Shown one piece after another: positions 25,001-26,636 of a DNA stretch of 26,636 bases. Location of the stretch: the IMG/VR virus record IMGVR_UViG_3300046008_001149, positions 1-26,636 of that record. One strand, 5' to 3'. How positions within the stretch are numbered: position 1 is the stretch's first letter; each line of letters opens with the position of its first letter. The DNA is from a virus (Duplodnaviria > Caudoviricetes). The position numbers were made by a program, and so were the translations under genes. The notes beneath the pieces are model-generated. The model saw only the letters and a program-made list of their open reading frames with translations, searched no databases and was not told the origin of the DNA.

Positions 25001-26378
25001 ACCTGCAAATACAGGCGCGGTTGCGCCCGAAATCGCGGCTCAAATGCACGCTAATGAATCCGTTAAAAACGTCAATTCTGCCCTGATAGATGGCACGCAA
25101 AAGGCTATGGATAAAGGCGTTAAATATAATTATGGCTCAAAAAATTCATCAAACGGAACAATTGATTGCAGTGGCTGGGTAACAGAATTAAACAATCAAG
25201 TATTTAACGATATGGGCAAGCCAGAGGTTCTAAAAAAATCAATGGCGGCGGTTAATTCTGGACAATCGGCGGCTGGGATTATCAAGTCGGTTGGTGATTT
25301 AACTGGTAAGGAATTAAGCGGTAAAGATGTCAATATCGACAATCTAAAAGAAGGAATGATGATTGGTATTGACCACTCGCAAGGTGGCGAAAAAAGTGGT
25401 GAAGGGCGATACAAGGGTATTGACCACATTACACAGGTTGTAAAAGACCAAGTTACAGGTGCGTTGCAAATTTCAGAATCCAGCTCTAAAAAAGGCGTTC
25501 ACTTAACGGACGCGAAAGAATGGCTTGATAGAAATAAAGATAAAGAAAAATACGCCGTTGACCCTTACGCGGCGGTGCGCGATGTAAATGGCACAGATTC
25601 AACGATTGCCACGACAAAACACACTGAAAACGCGGCTCAAATGAAAGGCACACGTCAAGCCGATGCACTTTCTCAATACGCAAAAACAGGTAAATTCACG
25701 CCCGTTCGCAATGATTACGGCGACGGCTCGGATTTAACGCCTGAACAAATGGCAAGCGTTCAAAAATATAACGGCGGCGATACAGCTCAAGTTGGCGTTC
25801 CAACTGGTCTGTCAGTTGATGAATCAGGTGTTTATTCTGATATTCCGACTGATAATTCACCTGAATCCATTGCTGCTAGAAAATTACAAGGCGAAAAAGC
25901 GCGTGAAACTTCCGCCAATATGTACAAGCCAAAAGATTCAACTGCAACCGTGACAGCAAGCGCGGTAAATCCTGCTGAAAAAGTAATTGAAAACACAAAA
26001 CCTGATTCGCCAATTATTGCCGATATTAAGCAACGCCTAACGCCTCAAGCTGACATTGCCGCGCAATTAGCCAAAAATACCGCACCTGCCACAAATTCAA
26101 TAAAAGGCATTGGTGATATTGGTGGCGCGATAACAAATCAATTGCCGTCATTTTTAAGCAATCCAATTTCGGCAATTACAAAATCTATTTCAATGCCGTC
26201 CGCACCAAAAATGCCGTCAATGCCCGTAATCGCAGAAGCACCGCCCGTTAAAGAGCCTTTGAATTCAAATGAACCACGACAAACAGCGGCGGTATCTCAA
26301 CAAACGCAAGACGTAGGGCAGGATATGTCGGATAAACGTCTTTCGCATATCGTAAGTGGCGGTTATGCACGCGGCTAA
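22074..26378 (+). CDS. Tape measure / Sit-like protein with lysozyme-like and NlpC/P60-like domains
   Basis: Long A/G-rich protein, three RDxxGRF motifs, a hydrophobic TM stretch, W/F-periodic repeats, TESGG...GYFGQYQFG (lytic transglycosylase-like) and YNYG...IDCSGWV...IDHI (NlpC/P60). Confidence 0.85.
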   Translation: MAQLQHDNDGFLQGERVNLDTQTEFLESISKDISAIKTALTENKTITPVQPVERTESEAPQVAEPRVTHIAEATTQNPVTQQAQSQSPEISSERAVLASLESAAQSLNGIQIDLSSTANSLKTISTTQQESKTVKNETAKNEKRPQQTGFTPNVGTNNNSVGDGNSDNSTPQIKLRDDKGRFIAGTQGGRKHTDIAEPQKQKNRDANGRFSSGENGGLGKGRGGEAGFISRLASGIGSAVGAGNDVVDEKIDPAIAVFKEVAEPIARVGGAALNVGKTLFSGAKSVVNFLPKFKGKDSESESKEKTATPTANVSPATQEVRTPPARISETTTVNPQLRTRDSRGRFVSANQPVSQPSSRQTGSNLVQNNPPQSGVVEPSRNTIFGTNAANPPTETNATQTAQPEPHIAETSQRGFFSRSNSSSQKEKGGKLSLRGVIKELLVSRKEQTAYNKASKKLLQQIANKETVAGGDSGGGFFAGLLGGLIPTVVAGLGALVAGVVAVFTGIGGMLLAGVTGVLGVIFSPIGLAIAAAGALAWGLFTEDGQKFFASIGEYISKGWDASVGFITENFSGVVDTANAFWNWLTEEFSPITKVAGDLFDGLTKTWKGITDTISGIFDSFSTFLKDKFGIDIPAIVQTVVQPVADAANAAVDSVKETANNVADSAKNAATNLWEGAKKVAGEAVEATKDVVNPAYEGVKKSVKDGAVLKDTATGVKDVAGGIGDFVTKKYNQAKFNEVDAALAFQGGGNITGLSDIQTRALAANTAKTESGGKVNADNKQGYFGQYQFGAEALVESGLVNQDKLAAAKKASGKNWYKKRSSDGTMGGHEAFLRDKSNWKTEGGLDEFLQNKELQDKAFVAYTNKNVAGGLRSGAISKNDDAGKIAGYSKAAHLKGVGGANKLFKSGIASTDGNGTSTATYAKQASNAMNETVAAINAKVAKGEKPTETQTASAKPIEAESTLEKLSPISTASASEIPANTGAVAPEIAAQMHANESVKNVNSALIDGTQKAMDKGVKYNYGSKNSSNGTIDCSGWVTELNNQVFNDMGKPEVLKKSMAAVNSGQSAAGIIKSVGDLTGKELSGKDVNIDNLKEGMMIGIDHSQGGEKSGEGRYKGIDHITQVVKDQVTGALQISESSSKKGVHLTDAKEWLDRNKDKEKYAVDPYAAVRDVNGTDSTIATTKHTENAAQMKGTRQADALSQYAKTGKFTPVRNDYGDGSDLTPEQMASVQKYNGGDTAQVGVPTGLSVDESGVYSDIPTDNSPESIAARKLQGEKARETSANMYKPKDSTATVTASAVNPAEKVIENTKPDSPIIADIKQRLTPQADIAAQLAKNTAPATNSIKGIGDIGGAITNQLPSFLSNPISAITKSISMPSAPKMPSMPVIAEAPPVKEPLNSNEPRQTAAVSQQTQDVGQDMSDKRLSHIVSGGYARG

Positions 26379-26383
26379 GTAAA

Positions 26384-26423
26384 AGAAAATGCCGCCAAAT
26401 TTCAAAAAGTTGAAATCTATAAT
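26384..26423 (+). promoter_or_regulatory. Putative late promoter (AGAAAAT-N27-TATAAT)
   Basis: Shared motif, perfect -10, upstream of a small gene. Confidence 0.6.
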
Positions 26424-26457
26424 CAAGGCTAAATTAACAACTGGCTAGGTATCAAAA

Positions 26458-26553
26458 ATGGAATATATCAAAAATCTTTTAACTGCATTAGACCAATTAG
26501 GGAATTCCATTGCTGGTGGGAATCCAGACACAACTATAGCTAACGCACCATAA
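26458..26553 (+). pseudogene. Small phage protein (LDQLGN...GGNPD.TI motif) truncated by the IS630
   Basis: MEYIKNLLTALDQLGNSIAGGNPDTTI|ANAP*. Family members as recalled continue TIS[AS]R; the break falls at a TATA site. Confidence 0.6.
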
Positions 26554-26636
26554 TAAGAGTCACAAAAGCAGGTGAGACAAAAAGGTCATCAACGGAATAT
26601 CCAAATTTTTTACGAATAGATTTTATTTGCGCCCAA
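26537..26636 (-). mobile_element. End of an IS630-family element with the transposase C-terminus (26540-26635)
   Basis: The minus frame WAQIKSIRKKFGYSVDDLF...* resembles IS630 transposase tails after LNPIE. Inserted at a TA dinucleotide (TATA 26535-26538). Confidence 0.7.

Overview
Virion morphogenesis and antirestriction (Dar) region of a divergent P1-like (Punavirus-related) myophage or phage-plasmid. Most genes are on the minus strand, in this order of transcription: tail tube (BplB-like), a small conserved gene, baseplate hub, a central spike split into two ORFs, PAAR, hdf, a Zn-ribbon protein, an extended DarA with three BECR-type nuclease-like modules, a DdrA-like gene, a 2580-aa polyvalent protein (InPase, ART with LPD3 insert, DdrB/ParB-like, SF2 helicase with a class 3 LAGLIDADG intein, N6-adenine MTase), a PmgG-like gene, the major capsid protein and the tail sheath. 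A tape measure (Sit-like) gene with two peptidoglycan hydrolase domains is divergent on the plus strand. An Arc/sar/antirepressor (immI-like) cassette is inserted at about 3.8-5.2 kb. Both window ends run into insertion sequences: an IS608-like left end interrupts the sheath gene, and an IS630 interrupts a small gene. The most unusual signals are (i) an antisense promoter plus a ~80-nt structured RNA embedded in coding sequence right after each nuclease-like module, (ii) six copies of an RGAAAAY-N27-(-10) candidate late promoter, and (iii) a nested 120-aa gene with its own RBS inside the giant gene. All family assignments come from recalled motifs and synteny, not database searches.
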